64,000 bases of DNA from an uncultured Thermoleophilia bacterium. Lineage in GTDB: Bacteria > Actinomycetota > Thermoleophilia > UBA2241. Both the position numbers and the translations under genes were made by a program. Below, piece by piece: positions 37,053 through 46,327 of this stretch. The notes below the pieces were generated by a model that searched no databases, was not told the origin of the DNA, and saw only the letters and a list, made by a program, of their open reading frames with translations. The first letter of the stretch is position 1. Each line of letters begins with the position of its first letter. The stretch lies in the NCBI GenBank assembly GCA_963702475.1, contig CAVPCT010000006.1, positions 1 to 64,000 on the forward strand, given 5' to 3'.

Positions 37053-38417
37053 GTGAACGGGCGAGTCTCCAACGGAGAACGTCATGACGTGGTGGTCGTG
37101 GGCGCCGGCGTGTCCGGTCTGGCGACGGCGTGGCACCTGCGCGACCGCGACGTCCTCGTTGTGGAAGAGACGGACCGCCTGGGCGGTCGCATCAAGTCGA
37201 TGCCGCGCGCCGACACCTGGCTGAACTTCGGCGCGCACGTGTACGGCGGCGACGGCACCGCGACCGACCGGCTGCTCCGCGGGCTCGGGGTGCTCGCCCT
37301 GCCATTGCCGGGCAAGCTGGCGGCGCTCGCCTTCGCCGGCAGGACCGTCACGAGCCCGGTGGAGACGTACCCGGCGCTGCTCCCTCTGTCGCCGGCGTCG
37401 CGCGCGGCGCTCGTGCGCGCCGGCCTGCGCCTTCGGGCGGACGTGTGGCGCTACGCGCGCGCGGCGAAGGCGCGCCCGGGGGAGACGCCCGCCGAGCGGC
37501 AGGCGCGGATCCTGCGGTTCATGGACGACGAGTCGTTCACCGCGCACATGGGACCCTTGCCGCACGACGTGGATGCCATGTTCCGCTGCACGCTCACGCG
37601 CTCCTCGGGCGACCCGGAGGAACTCGCCGCCGGCTACGGTATCGGCTACTTCAACCTCGTCTGGGACCGCTCTTCCGGGCTGTCGCGGGGCATCGTCGGC
37701 GGCCCGGGGACGATCGCCGCGCGGCTGGCCACGATGCTGCCGCCGGTCGAGACGGGGTCCCGCGTGACCGGGGTGGAGCAGGATGCCGCCGGCGTGAGGG
37801 TGACGATCCGCCGCGGCGACGACGAACGCGTGGTCGCCGCGGCGGCGGCCGTCGTGGCCGCGCCGGCGCCGGTGGCGGCCGAGGTCGTCGCCGGCCTGCC
37901 GGCCGACACCGAGGCCGCCCTGCGCGCCGTGCGCTACGGTCCCTACGTCGTCGGCGCGTTCCTCGTCGAGGGGGACGATCTGCCGTGGCGGGGTCTCTAC
38001 GCCGTGGCCACGCCGGGGCGCAGCTTCAGCATGGCCTACAACATCGGGAACGTGCAGGAACACCCGGCCGTGCCCAGGCCGCGGCACGGCAGCATCATGG
38101 TGTACACGGCCGCGTCCCAGGGCCGGCGGCTGCTCGAGCAGGATGACGAGACGATCGTCGCCCTGTACCGGCGCGACCTCGCCGAGGTCTTTCCCGGCTG
38201 CGAGGGGCGCATCCGCGACGTGGTCATCCAACGCTGGCCGCGCGGCATCCCGTTCGCGCACGTGGGTCGGGGGCGTCTGCAGGCTGCCCTCATGCGGCCG
38301 CTCGGCCGCGTGCACCTCGTGGGCGACTACCTGGGCACCAGATACGTGGAGACGTGCCTCGAGACCGCCGAGGCGGCGGCGCTGCATGTGAGGGACCAGC
38401 TGCCGGCGCGCGCATGA
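37053..38417 (+). CDS. FAD-dependent oxidoreductase (amine oxidase / HemY family)
   Basis: VVVGAGVSGLATA...EETDRLGGR.KS, NFGAH and LVGDY motifs; GGAGG RBS. Confidence 0.82.
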   Translation: MNGRVSNGERHDVVVVGAGVSGLATAWHLRDRDVLVVEETDRLGGRIKSMPRADTWLNFGAHVYGGDGTATDRLLRGLGVLALPLPGKLAALAFAGRTVTSPVETYPALLPLSPASRAALVRAGLRLRADVWRYARAAKARPGETPAERQARILRFMDDESFTAHMGPLPHDVDAMFRCTLTRSSGDPEELAAGYGIGYFNLVWDRSSGLSRGIVGGPGTIAARLATMLPPVETGSRVTGVEQDAAGVRVTIRRGDDERVVAAAAAVVAAPAPVAAEVVAGLPADTEAALRAVRYGPYVVGAFLVEGDDLPWRGLYAVATPGRSFSMAYNIGNVQEHPAVPRPRHGSIMVYTAASQGRRLLEQDDETIVALYRRDLAEVFPGCEGRIRDVVIQRWPRGIPFAHVGRGRLQAALMRPLGRVHLVGDYLGTRYVETCLETAEAAALHVRDQLPARA

Positions 38418-38561
38418 GTCCGGTGACGTGCCGAGCCCGAGGAGAGATGAGAGGTCGTCGTCGCGGGCGCCGCCGACGGCTCGGAGCCACGCGACTTCTA
38501 CAAGGTTTACGCTGCTTTATGGTTCATTGCTAAACTAGCGTGAGCATCGTACTCTTGCTCT

Positions 38562-39758
38562 GTGGACCCACGCGAGAACCCCTACACTCCCAACGCCGGC
38601 GCCCGGCCTCCTCTTCTGGCGGGCCGGGAGGGCGAGCTCGCCGCGTTCGATCTTCTCGTGTCGAGGCTCGCGCGCGGCCGCCCACAGCAGTCGATGGTGG
38701 TCACCGGACTGAGGGGTGTCGGTAAGACCGTGCTGCTCGGCGAGTTCAGGACGATGACCGAGGCGCACGGGTGGGTGGCGGCGGAGGTGGAGATCACCCG
38801 GCAGACGGCCTTCGCGCAGCGCATGGCCCTGCTCGCGCGGCGGGCGCTGCTCCAGGTCGCGCCGCGCGCGAGGTGGCGCGACCGGGCTCGGCGTGCCGCG
38901 GGAGTCCTCCGTTCGTTCACGCTGACTGTCTCCGCGGAGGGAGCTTGGACGGCGGGTCTCGATCTCGACCCCGTGGAGGGCGAGGGGGACAGCGGCCTGC
39001 TCGCTGAGGATCTCTCGGACGTCTTCGTGACGCTGGGCGAGGCCGCGCAGGAGCACGAGACCGGTGTCGTGTTCCTTCTCGACGAGATGCACTTCCTCGC
39101 CGCCGAGGAGTTCGAGGCGCTCATCGCAGCTCTGCACAAGACGGTGCAGCGTGCCTTGCCGATCACCCTTGCGGGTGCCGGGCTGCCGCTCCTGCCGCGT
39201 CTTGCGGGCGAGGCCAAGTCGTATGCGCAACGCCTCTTCACGTTCCCGGTCATCGGGAGGCTGACTGAAGCGGAGGCCACCGAGGCGCTCGTCGGGCCGG
39301 CTGAGGAAGCCGGCGCGGCGTTCGCGCCGGAGGCCGCGGCCGAGATCGTGGCCTACGCAGACGGCTACCCCTACTTCGTCCAGGAGTACGGGGCGGCGGC
39401 GTGGGACGCATCGCCGTCGCCACGCATGGGCCTGGGCGTCGTGGAAGAGGTCAGGGCACTGGTCGACGCCAAGTTGGACGAGGGGTTCTTCCGCGTCCGC
39501 GCGGAGCGTGCCGCGCCGCACGAGCTCCGGTACCTTCGCGCCATGGCGAGTCTGGGGCCCGGGCCGCACAAGGCGCGTGCCGTGGCGGCCGTGCTCGGGG
39601 TCTCGTCGGCGCGTCTCGCCCCGACGCGGTCGCGCCTGATCGAGAAGGGGCTGCTGTATACGCCCGGCTACGGGCTTGCGGCGTTCACGGTGCCTCAGTT
39701 CGACTGGTACCTGCTGCGCAACTACGCGGAGTCGGGCGAGGGCTCCGCGTCCCACTGA
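38562..39758 (+). CDS. AAA-type ATP-binding protein with C-terminal winged helix
   Basis: NPYTP...LAGRE, Walker A GLRGVGKT, Walker B LLDE, GYPYFVQ; leaderless TACTCT-N6-GTG. Confidence 0.85.
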   Translation: MDPRENPYTPNAGARPPLLAGREGELAAFDLLVSRLARGRPQQSMVVTGLRGVGKTVLLGEFRTMTEAHGWVAAEVEITRQTAFAQRMALLARRALLQVAPRARWRDRARRAAGVLRSFTLTVSAEGAWTAGLDLDPVEGEGDSGLLAEDLSDVFVTLGEAAQEHETGVVFLLDEMHFLAAEEFEALIAALHKTVQRALPITLAGAGLPLLPRLAGEAKSYAQRLFTFPVIGRLTEAEATEALVGPAEEAGAAFAPEAAAEIVAYADGYPYFVQEYGAAAWDASPSPRMGLGVVEEVRALVDAKLDEGFFRVRAERAAPHELRYLRAMASLGPGPHKARAVAAVLGVSSARLAPTRSRLIEKGLLYTPGYGLAAFTVPQFDWYLLRNYAESGEGSASH

Positions 39759-39769
39759 GGGAGGTCGCC

Positions 39770-40528
39770 GTGGAGGGACTCGCCGACAAGGTCGTGCTGG
39801 TCACCGGCGGGTCGTCGGGCATCGGCGAGGCCTGCGCGCGGCGCCTCGCCGTAGAGGGCTGCGCGGTCATGGTGGCCGGCAGGGACGAGGTGAAGACGAA
39901 GGCCGTCGCCGAGAGCCTCCTGCCGGCCGGCAGGCACGGCTGCGTGACCGGGGACGTGCGGGACGTCGGCGAGTGTCGCGCGCTCGTCACCGCGACGATG
40001 GAGCGGTACGGCCAGCTGGACGTGCTCGTGCACTGCGCCGGCGTGTGGGACGAGCGTCCCACGCTGGACGTGAGCGAAGACGACTGGGACGAGGTGCTCG
40101 ACACCTGTCTGAAGGGCGCGTTCTTCACCATGCAGGCCGCGCTCGAGCCGATGATCGAGGCCGGCGGCGGGGTGATCGTCGCGATCGCCAGCGATTCCGG
40201 GCACCACGGCGAGCCCGGCGCCGCGGCCTACGGGGCCGCCAAAGCCGGGCTCATCAGCGTGGTGCGCACGCTGGCGCACGACCACGGCCCGCAGGGCGTG
40301 CGCGTGTGCGCCGTCTCGCCGGGCATCATCGAGACGCCGATGCTCGAGCGGGCCGTGGCGGCCGCCGCAGACCCCCGGATCTACGCCGGCTGGCAGGCCG
40401 ACGGCTACCCCCTGGGGCGGGTCGGCCGGCCCGAGGAGGTGGCCGCCGTGGTCGCGTTCGTGGCCAGCGACGAGGCGAGCTTCGTCACCGGCGACTCCTG
40501 GCTCGTCGACGGCGGCTTCTGCGCCTGA
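39770..40528 (+). CDS. Short-chain dehydrogenase/reductase
   Basis: TGGSSGIG, YGAAKAG and VDGG motifs. Confidence 0.9.
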   Translation: MEGLADKVVLVTGGSSGIGEACARRLAVEGCAVMVAGRDEVKTKAVAESLLPAGRHGCVTGDVRDVGECRALVTATMERYGQLDVLVHCAGVWDERPTLDVSEDDWDEVLDTCLKGAFFTMQAALEPMIEAGGGVIVAIASDSGHHGEPGAAAYGAAKAGLISVVRTLAHDHGPQGVRVCAVSPGIIETPMLERAVAAAADPRIYAGWQADGYPLGRVGRPEEVAAVVAFVASDEASFVTGDSWLVDGGFCA

Positions 40529-40530
40529 CG

Positions 40531-41457
40531 ATGGACCTGCCGCCGCCGGAGGAGCTCGAGGCAGGGTCGCCGCCGGGTCGGCACGCCCCCGGCGCGTCGC
40601 ACCTGAGCCGCAGTCTGCGGCAGCCGCGCACGCGGGAGGACCGCACGGCGGCCCGCGACGCCCGTCGCCGCGCGTTGCGCCGCCGCCGGCTTATCGCCTT
40701 CCTCGTGCTGGCGGCGGCGGTCGTGCTGGTCCTCGTGCTGGTCGCGCGTGCCTGCGGCGGCGCGCCCTCCGGCGCCTCCACCGCCGCGAGCCCGTCGCCG
40801 ACGCCGACCGCTCTGCGCACGCCGACGTCCGCGACGCCGTTGCGCATGGCCGCCTACGGCGACTCCGTGGGCGGCGGCGCCCTGCTCGGCCTCAAGCTCC
40901 TCACCGCCGAACGCAAGGACATCAAGGTCCACCGCTTCGTGAAGGTCGCGACCGGGCTGGCCAGGCCCGACTACTTCGACTGGCCCGCTTACCTCGCGGA
41001 GGACATGGCGAAGCGCAAGCGGCCGTTCGAGGCGGTCCTCGTGATGCTGGGCGCCAACGACGGGCAGAACGTGGTGGCCGATGGCGAGGGACTCGGGTTC
41101 GGCACGCGCTCGTGGAAGAAGATGTACGCGAAGCGCGTCGGCGCGGTCATGGACTTCTACCTGAAGCACGGCGTGAAGAAGGTGTACTGGGCCGGCATGC
41201 CGCGCATGGGTACCACCGGGTTCAGCAAGCGGATGGCCGTGCTGAACGAGATCTACGAGGCCGAGGCGCAGAAGCGCGCACCGCGCGTGGAGTACGTGGA
41301 TGCTTGGACCGCCGTCGACGCGCCGAAGGAAACGTACCAGGCGACCCTGCGGCAGGAGGACGGCGTGCACCTCTCTGTGGACGGCGGCCGCAAGGTCGCG
41401 CGCGAGGTGCTGGACGCCGTCGCGCGCGACTGGCACCTGCCGGCGTTCAAGGAGTGA
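40531..41457 (+). CDS. Membrane-anchored SGNH hydrolase (DUF459-like)
   Basis: TM segment; GDS, TGLARPDYFDW, GAND and DGVH motifs. Confidence 0.85.
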   Translation: MDLPPPEELEAGSPPGRHAPGASHLSRSLRQPRTREDRTAARDARRRALRRRRLIAFLVLAAAVVLVLVLVARACGGAPSGASTAASPSPTPTALRTPTSATPLRMAAYGDSVGGGALLGLKLLTAERKDIKVHRFVKVATGLARPDYFDWPAYLAEDMAKRKRPFEAVLVMLGANDGQNVVADGEGLGFGTRSWKKMYAKRVGAVMDFYLKHGVKKVYWAGMPRMGTTGFSKRMAVLNEIYEAEAQKRAPRVEYVDAWTAVDAPKETYQATLRQEDGVHLSVDGGRKVAREVLDAVARDWHLPAFKE

Positions 41458-41601
41458 CCGACGCAGCAGGATCGGCGAGCGGGCGCGGCGTGCTGACCGC
41501 CGGAGCCCCTGCGTCCGCTGCCCGTCCGGTCGCCCCGGCCGGCGTTCTGGCCCACGGCTCCCCGCGCCGCGCCGTTGTCGCGTTCCGATAGGATGGCCGT
41601 G

Positions 41602-42600
41602 ATGGCGACGCCCCCCGGCAGCACGCATTCCTCGCGCCGACGCGCGCTCGTCGCCGACCTGCTGCTCTTCAGCGTCGCCGTCTTCTGGGGCAGCAACTTC
41701 GTGCTCATCAAAGACGCCGTCGAGCGCACCAGCGTCATCGCCGGCGGCAGCATCGTGGCCGGCACCATGCTCTACCTGCTGTGGCGCTACCTGTTCGCCA
41801 CGGCCGTGTTCTGCGCTGCGCGCCCAAAGGCGTGGCTCACGGCGGCCCGCCGCGATTGGGGCAGGGGCGCCGTGCTGGCGTCCTTCTACCTGGGCGGCCT
41901 CATCGTGCAGACCATCGCGCTGCAGCGCACCTCGCCTGGCGTCTCCGGCTTCATCACCGCACTCAGCGTGGCCATGGTCCCCTTCCTCTACTGGGCGATC
42001 GCCCGGCGCTCGCCGGGGCCGTGGCAGATCATCGGCGCCGTGATCGCCACCGTCGGCCTCACGGCGCTCTCGCTGCAGGGCGACTTCTCGATCCGCTGGG
42101 GCGACGCCCTGACCCTGCTCGGCTCGTTCCTGTACGCGCTGCACATCATCGGCACGGGGTTCTTCGCGCCGAAGATGCAGCCCGCCACGCTGGCGGCGAC
42201 GCAGATGATCGTCTCCGCCGCCGCCATGGTCGTGCTGACGCCGCTGTTCGGGACAGTGACCGCGGACCTGCCCTGGCAGGTCTGGGCGGTGGTCGTGTGG
42301 ACCGCTCTCAGCGGCACGATCTACGCCTTCTTCATCCAGAGCTGGGCGCAGCGCTACACGACGTCCACGCACGCCGCGATCCTGCTGGGGTTCGAGAGCG
42401 TGTTCGCGGCGCTCACCGGCGTGCTGGTGGGCATGGACCAGGTGACCTGGCGGCTGCTCGTGGGCGGCTCGCTGATGCTCACTGGCGTCTTCATCGTCGA
42501 ACTGCTGCCTTCGGGCAAAGGCGTCGTGGCGGAGATAGAGGCGGAGGAAGGGGCGCCGGGCCGGACGGCTGCCGGCGACGGGACCGGGGACGACGCATGA
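41602..42600 (+). CDS. DMT/EamA transporter
   Basis: FWGSNF and FESVFA motifs, about 10 TMs; start chosen from TAGGAT-N7-ATG. Confidence 0.88.
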   Translation: MATPPGSTHSSRRRALVADLLLFSVAVFWGSNFVLIKDAVERTSVIAGGSIVAGTMLYLLWRYLFATAVFCAARPKAWLTAARRDWGRGAVLASFYLGGLIVQTIALQRTSPGVSGFITALSVAMVPFLYWAIARRSPGPWQIIGAVIATVGLTALSLQGDFSIRWGDALTLLGSFLYALHIIGTGFFAPKMQPATLAATQMIVSAAAMVVLTPLFGTVTADLPWQVWAVVVWTALSGTIYAFFIQSWAQRYTTSTHAAILLGFESVFAALTGVLVGMDQVTWRLLVGGSLMLTGVFIVELLPSGKGVVAEIEAEEGAPGRTAAGDGTGDDA

Positions 42601-42865
42601 CGCACGTGGACCACCGGCCGCGAGGGGGCGGCTCGGCCGGCCGGCCAAGCGCGCCACAGGATCTGCCGCCCAGCGCCCGCCGCATCCTGCGCGCCGCGCA
42701 GGACATCCTCGCCGAGCGCGGCTGCGCGGAGCTGACGATGACCGCCATCTCGCAGGTGACCGGCCTGAACCGCGCCCTCGTCTCGTACTCCTTCGGCGGC
42801 AAGGCAGGTCCGCTCAGGGCGCTCGCCGAGACGCTCTTCCACGACTCGGAGGTGGGGCTTGTAGC
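42597..42865 (+). pseudogene. Truncated TetR-family regulator (HTH only)
   Basis: RRILRAAQDILAERG..ELTMTAISQVTGLNRALVSYSFGGK..L, then low-quality sequence; frame runs on to 43058. Confidence 0.6.
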
Positions 42866-43054
42866 TGATGTGGCGAGCTGTGGTCGCGAGCTTCCTCGGG
42901 CTTCCGGGCGCGTGACCCGGGCCACGCGCACGCGCGGCTGGTCACGCTACCCCGGTCGCTTGACAGCCCGCTCTCAACCGGCCATTCAGTTCTGCGTCAC
43001 CGTCGATCAGCGGCCGCGCGGAGCGCTACCGGCCGTCCCGGGAGGAGGAGACCC

Positions 43055-44110
43055 ATGAGTGCAACGTCCCAGAGCGGCCCCGCCTACGCCGTCGACCCGG
43101 CCGCGCTGCCCGGCTTCGCCGCCCTGCGCGGCCGCCACTACTTCACCGACCAGGAGTTCACGCGCGAGGAGCTCCTGGGGCTGCTGGACCTGGCCGTCGC
43201 CCTCAAGGCGCTGTACCGTCGCCGGCCGCTCACGCCATTCCTGCCGGGGCGCACGCTGGCGATGATCTTCGAGCACCCGTCCACGCGCACCCGCATCAGC
43301 TTCGAGGCCGGGATGACCGAGCTGGGCGGCCACGCCCAGTACCTGCGGCCAGGCGAGATCCACCTGGGCGGCCACGAGACGGTCGCCGACACGGCGCGCG
43401 TCATCAACCGCCTGGTCGACGCCATCATGGCGCGCACCGCGTTCCACACGACCCTCGTCGAGCTCGTCGCGAACGCGACGGTGCCGGTCATCAACGGCCT
43501 CACCGACGACTACGACCACCCCGTGCAGTCGCTGACCGACGCGCTCACGATCCTCGAGCACCTCGGCACCGTGCAGGGCCTCACGTGCGCCTTCGTCGGC
43601 AAGTGCGCCGACGCCATGGGCACCTCGGTCGCGCTCACGATGACCAGGCTCGGGAGCAGCATGGTCATGGCCGGTCCGCCCGAAGAGCAGGTGACGCCCG
43701 CGGTGGAGGCGCTCGCACGCGCCAACTGCGCGCTGTCCGGCGCCTCCCTCATCCTCACCGACGACGCCGCTGAGGCGGTCTCTCAGGCCGACGTGGTGTT
43801 CACCGTCGGCTGGTGGTGGATGCAGCCCGAAGACGAGGTGAACGAGCTGCGCCGCATCCTGGGGCCGTACCAGGTGAACGAGCAGCTGTGGGCGCACGCC
43901 AAGCCCGGCGCGAAGTTCATGCATTGCCTGCCGGCGGTGCGCGGCGAGGAGATGACCGACGGAATCCTCGATGCACCGTTCTCGATCGTGCTCGACGAGG
44001 CCGAGAACCGCAAACACCTGCAGAAGGCCCTGTTGCTGGCGCTGATCGGCATCGACGACCTGCCGCCGGATCCGGAGCTGCAGCCCATCGGCCGGACGCT
44101 GCTCCGCTGA
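43055..44110 (+). CDS. Ornithine/putrescine carbamoyltransferase-family enzyme with atypical acceptor motif
   Basis: STRTR.SFE, HPVQ, HCLP.RG.E and AENR motifs; DxxxSMG replaced by VGWWWMQ. Confidence 0.85.
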   Translation: MSATSQSGPAYAVDPAALPGFAALRGRHYFTDQEFTREELLGLLDLAVALKALYRRRPLTPFLPGRTLAMIFEHPSTRTRISFEAGMTELGGHAQYLRPGEIHLGGHETVADTARVINRLVDAIMARTAFHTTLVELVANATVPVINGLTDDYDHPVQSLTDALTILEHLGTVQGLTCAFVGKCADAMGTSVALTMTRLGSSMVMAGPPEEQVTPAVEALARANCALSGASLILTDDAAEAVSQADVVFTVGWWWMQPEDEVNELRRILGPYQVNEQLWAHAKPGAKFMHCLPAVRGEEMTDGILDAPFSIVLDEAENRKHLQKALLLALIGIDDLPPDPELQPIGRTLLR

Positions 44111-44157
44111 TCCGGGCGCGCGTGCCGACCGGACCGTCGACGAAGGGGAGACCGGGC

Positions 44158-44745
44158 ATGCCACTGATCGACCGTGACGATTCGCTGCTGGTCGTGATCG
44201 ACCTGCAGCCCGCGTTCTGGGGGGAGCGTCTGACGGCAGAGGACGGGGAAGCGGTCAGTGCCGCGGCGGCGCGCGCGGCCTGGCTCGCGGCCGCGGCCCG
44301 CGCGCTCGGAGTCCCGGCCGTCGTGACGGAGGAGGATCCGCAGAGAAACGGGCCGACGGACCGGGCGGTCCTGGACGCCGTCGGCCCCGGTTCCCCGGTG
44401 TTCACGAAGCCCGTGTTCGGCCTCGCCGCTTGCGCCGACATCATGGCTGCGCTGGATGCGCGCGGCCGTCGGAGCATCGCTCTCGTGGGGTTCGAGACCG
44501 ACGTCTGCGTGACACACTCCGCCGTCGGGCTTGCTGAGGCGGGCTACCGGCCGGTCGTCGTCGAGGACGCGGTGTACTCGCCCTTCGGGGCTCAGGCACC
44601 CGGTCTGCGACGTCTGCGCGCTCTCGACGTGGAGACCGTCCACTGCAAGGGGCTCTACTACGACTGGGTCCGCACGCTCGAGGCCGCCCTGGCGTTCGAG
44701 CGCCGGAACCCGGGGCTGGCGGCCCCGCCAGGGTTCTCCCTGTAG
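44158..44745 (+). CDS. Isochorismatase-family cysteine hydrolase
   Basis: VIDLQ, K, and GFETDVCV triad; ends TAG. Confidence 0.85.
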   Translation: MPLIDRDDSLLVVIDLQPAFWGERLTAEDGEAVSAAAARAAWLAAAARALGVPAVVTEEDPQRNGPTDRAVLDAVGPGSPVFTKPVFGLAACADIMAALDARGRRSIALVGFETDVCVTHSAVGLAEAGYRPVVVEDAVYSPFGAQAPGLRRLRALDVETVHCKGLYYDWVRTLEAALAFERRNPGLAAPPGFSL

Positions 44746-44828
44746 GATCGCGACAGGGGCGGCCGCTGCGTGTGCCGCCCTTGTGCGCCGCCCGGTAGAC
44801 TGCCCGCACCACGGAGAAGGGAAGCTGT

Positions 44829-45752
44829 ATGACGCGCGAGGTGACGCTGGCGGCGACCCAGTACGCGTGCAGCTGGGACAGAGACGGCAATCTGGACACG
44901 GCCGAGCGCCTCGTGCGTGACGCGGCCGGTACTGGGGCGCAGATCGTCCTGCTGCAGGAGCTCTTCGCGACGCCGTACTTTCCCGTCACGCAGGAGGCGC
45001 GGCACTTCGATCTGGCCGAGCCCGCGCGGGGCGGTCAGCTGGTCGCACGGTTCGCGCGGCTGGCCGGTGAGCTCGGCGTCGTGCTGCCGGTGAGCTTCTT
45101 CGAGCGCGCCGGCCAGACGTTCTTCAATTCGGTCGCCGTCGTCGATGCAGACGGCTCCATGCTCGGTGTCTACCGCAAGAGCCATCTGCCCGACGCGACC
45201 GGCTACCAGGAGAAGTACTACTTCGCGCCTGGCGACACGGGCTTCCGCGTGTGGGACACCGCGTTCGGCCGCATCGGCGTCGGTATCTGCTGGGACCAGT
45301 GGTTTCCCGAGAGCGCTCGCGCGATGGCGTTGCTCGGGGCAGAGGTGCTGCTCTACCCGACGGCGATCGGCAGCGACCCGCCCACGCCCGGCGACGACTC
45401 ACGCGACGCCTGGCGGCTCGTGCAGCGCGGTCACGCGGTCGCCAACGCCGTGCCGCTGGTGGCCGCCAACCGCATCGGGCTGGAGAGGGCGCCGGCCGCC
45501 GGCGACGAGCCGGCCGGCGCCGCAGCTCCCGGCGCCGACATCGCCATCCGCTTCTACGGCTCGTCCTTCATCACCTCGGAGACCGGCGCGCTCCTGGCGG
45601 AGGCGTCACGCGACGGCGAGGAGGTCGTCACGGCCACGGTCGACCTCGACGCAACCCGACGCCACCGCGAGTACTGGACGTTCTTTCGCGACCGCCGGCC
45701 GGACTTGTACGGGCCCCTGCTCACGCTCGACGGCGAGCAGGGTAACCTGTAG
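44829..45752 (+). CDS. aguB: N-carbamoylputrescine amidase
   Basis: LQELF, YRKSH.PD..GYQEKYYF.PGDTGF, GICWDQWFPE.AR, YPTAIGS and RDRRP motifs; ends TAG. Confidence 0.88.
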   Translation: MTREVTLAATQYACSWDRDGNLDTAERLVRDAAGTGAQIVLLQELFATPYFPVTQEARHFDLAEPARGGQLVARFARLAGELGVVLPVSFFERAGQTFFNSVAVVDADGSMLGVYRKSHLPDATGYQEKYYFAPGDTGFRVWDTAFGRIGVGICWDQWFPESARAMALLGAEVLLYPTAIGSDPPTPGDDSRDAWRLVQRGHAVANAVPLVAANRIGLERAPAAGDEPAGAAAPGADIAIRFYGSSFITSETGALLAEASRDGEEVVTATVDLDATRRHREYWTFFRDRRPDLYGPLLTLDGEQGNL

Positions 45753-45785
45753 CGCACAGCCCGCAGCCGTCCAGGGAGGCAGCAC

Positions 45786-46178
45786 ATGACCGCACAAGGA
45801 TCCCCACGGGGCCTCATCGCCTGCCCTCCCCACGAGTTGCACGAGGTGGGACCGCGCCTGCTCGTCGACGCGCTCGAGGCCGACGGTTGGGAGATCGACT
45901 TTTTCGGGGTGAGGACGCCGCTGACGAAGGTCGTCGCGGCGGTCCGCGAGCGTCGCTCACGGTTCATCGGCTTGACGTGCGCCATACCGAGGAACCTCGA
46001 CGGCCTCAGGGACACGATCCGCGACCTGCGCGACGATCTGGGCGCGGCGTGCCCGCCGATCATCGTGGGCGGCAGCGTGTTCCGCGGCGACCCGGACCGG
46101 TGGAAGGAGTCCGGCGCGGACCTGTTCGCGCCGGACCTGGACGCCGCCGTCGAGCTGCTGCGCGCGTACAAGGGGTAG
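45786..46178 (+). CDS. Stand-alone cobalamin-binding domain protein
   Basis: ELHEVG (ExHxxG), FFG..TP and IIVGG motifs; GGAGG RBS; ends TAG. Confidence 0.78.
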   Translation: MTAQGSPRGLIACPPHELHEVGPRLLVDALEADGWEIDFFGVRTPLTKVVAAVRERRSRFIGLTCAIPRNLDGLRDTIRDLRDDLGAACPPIIVGGSVFRGDPDRWKESGADLFAPDLDAAVELLRAYKG

Positions 46179-46327
46179 GCGCCGCGTGTTGTCCCGGGCA
46201 GATGCTGCCACCGGCCTGGGTGCGCGCCCGGTCGAGCCGCGCCTGGCCGAGGGATAGACTCTGGGGCGGGCGGGGCCCGGAGGGCCGATCCCGCCCCACA
46301 CCGCGTTCCGCACCTACGGGAGGCGCC

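Noticed and set aside
38562-39758. ATPase as an anti-phage defence system
   Set aside because: No effector domain or partner gene visible; a common stand-alone actinobacterial ATPase type.
45786-46260. Pyl readthrough at other TAG-ending genes such as the B12-binding protein
   Set aside because: Domains are complete at the TAG and downstream translations look non-coding.
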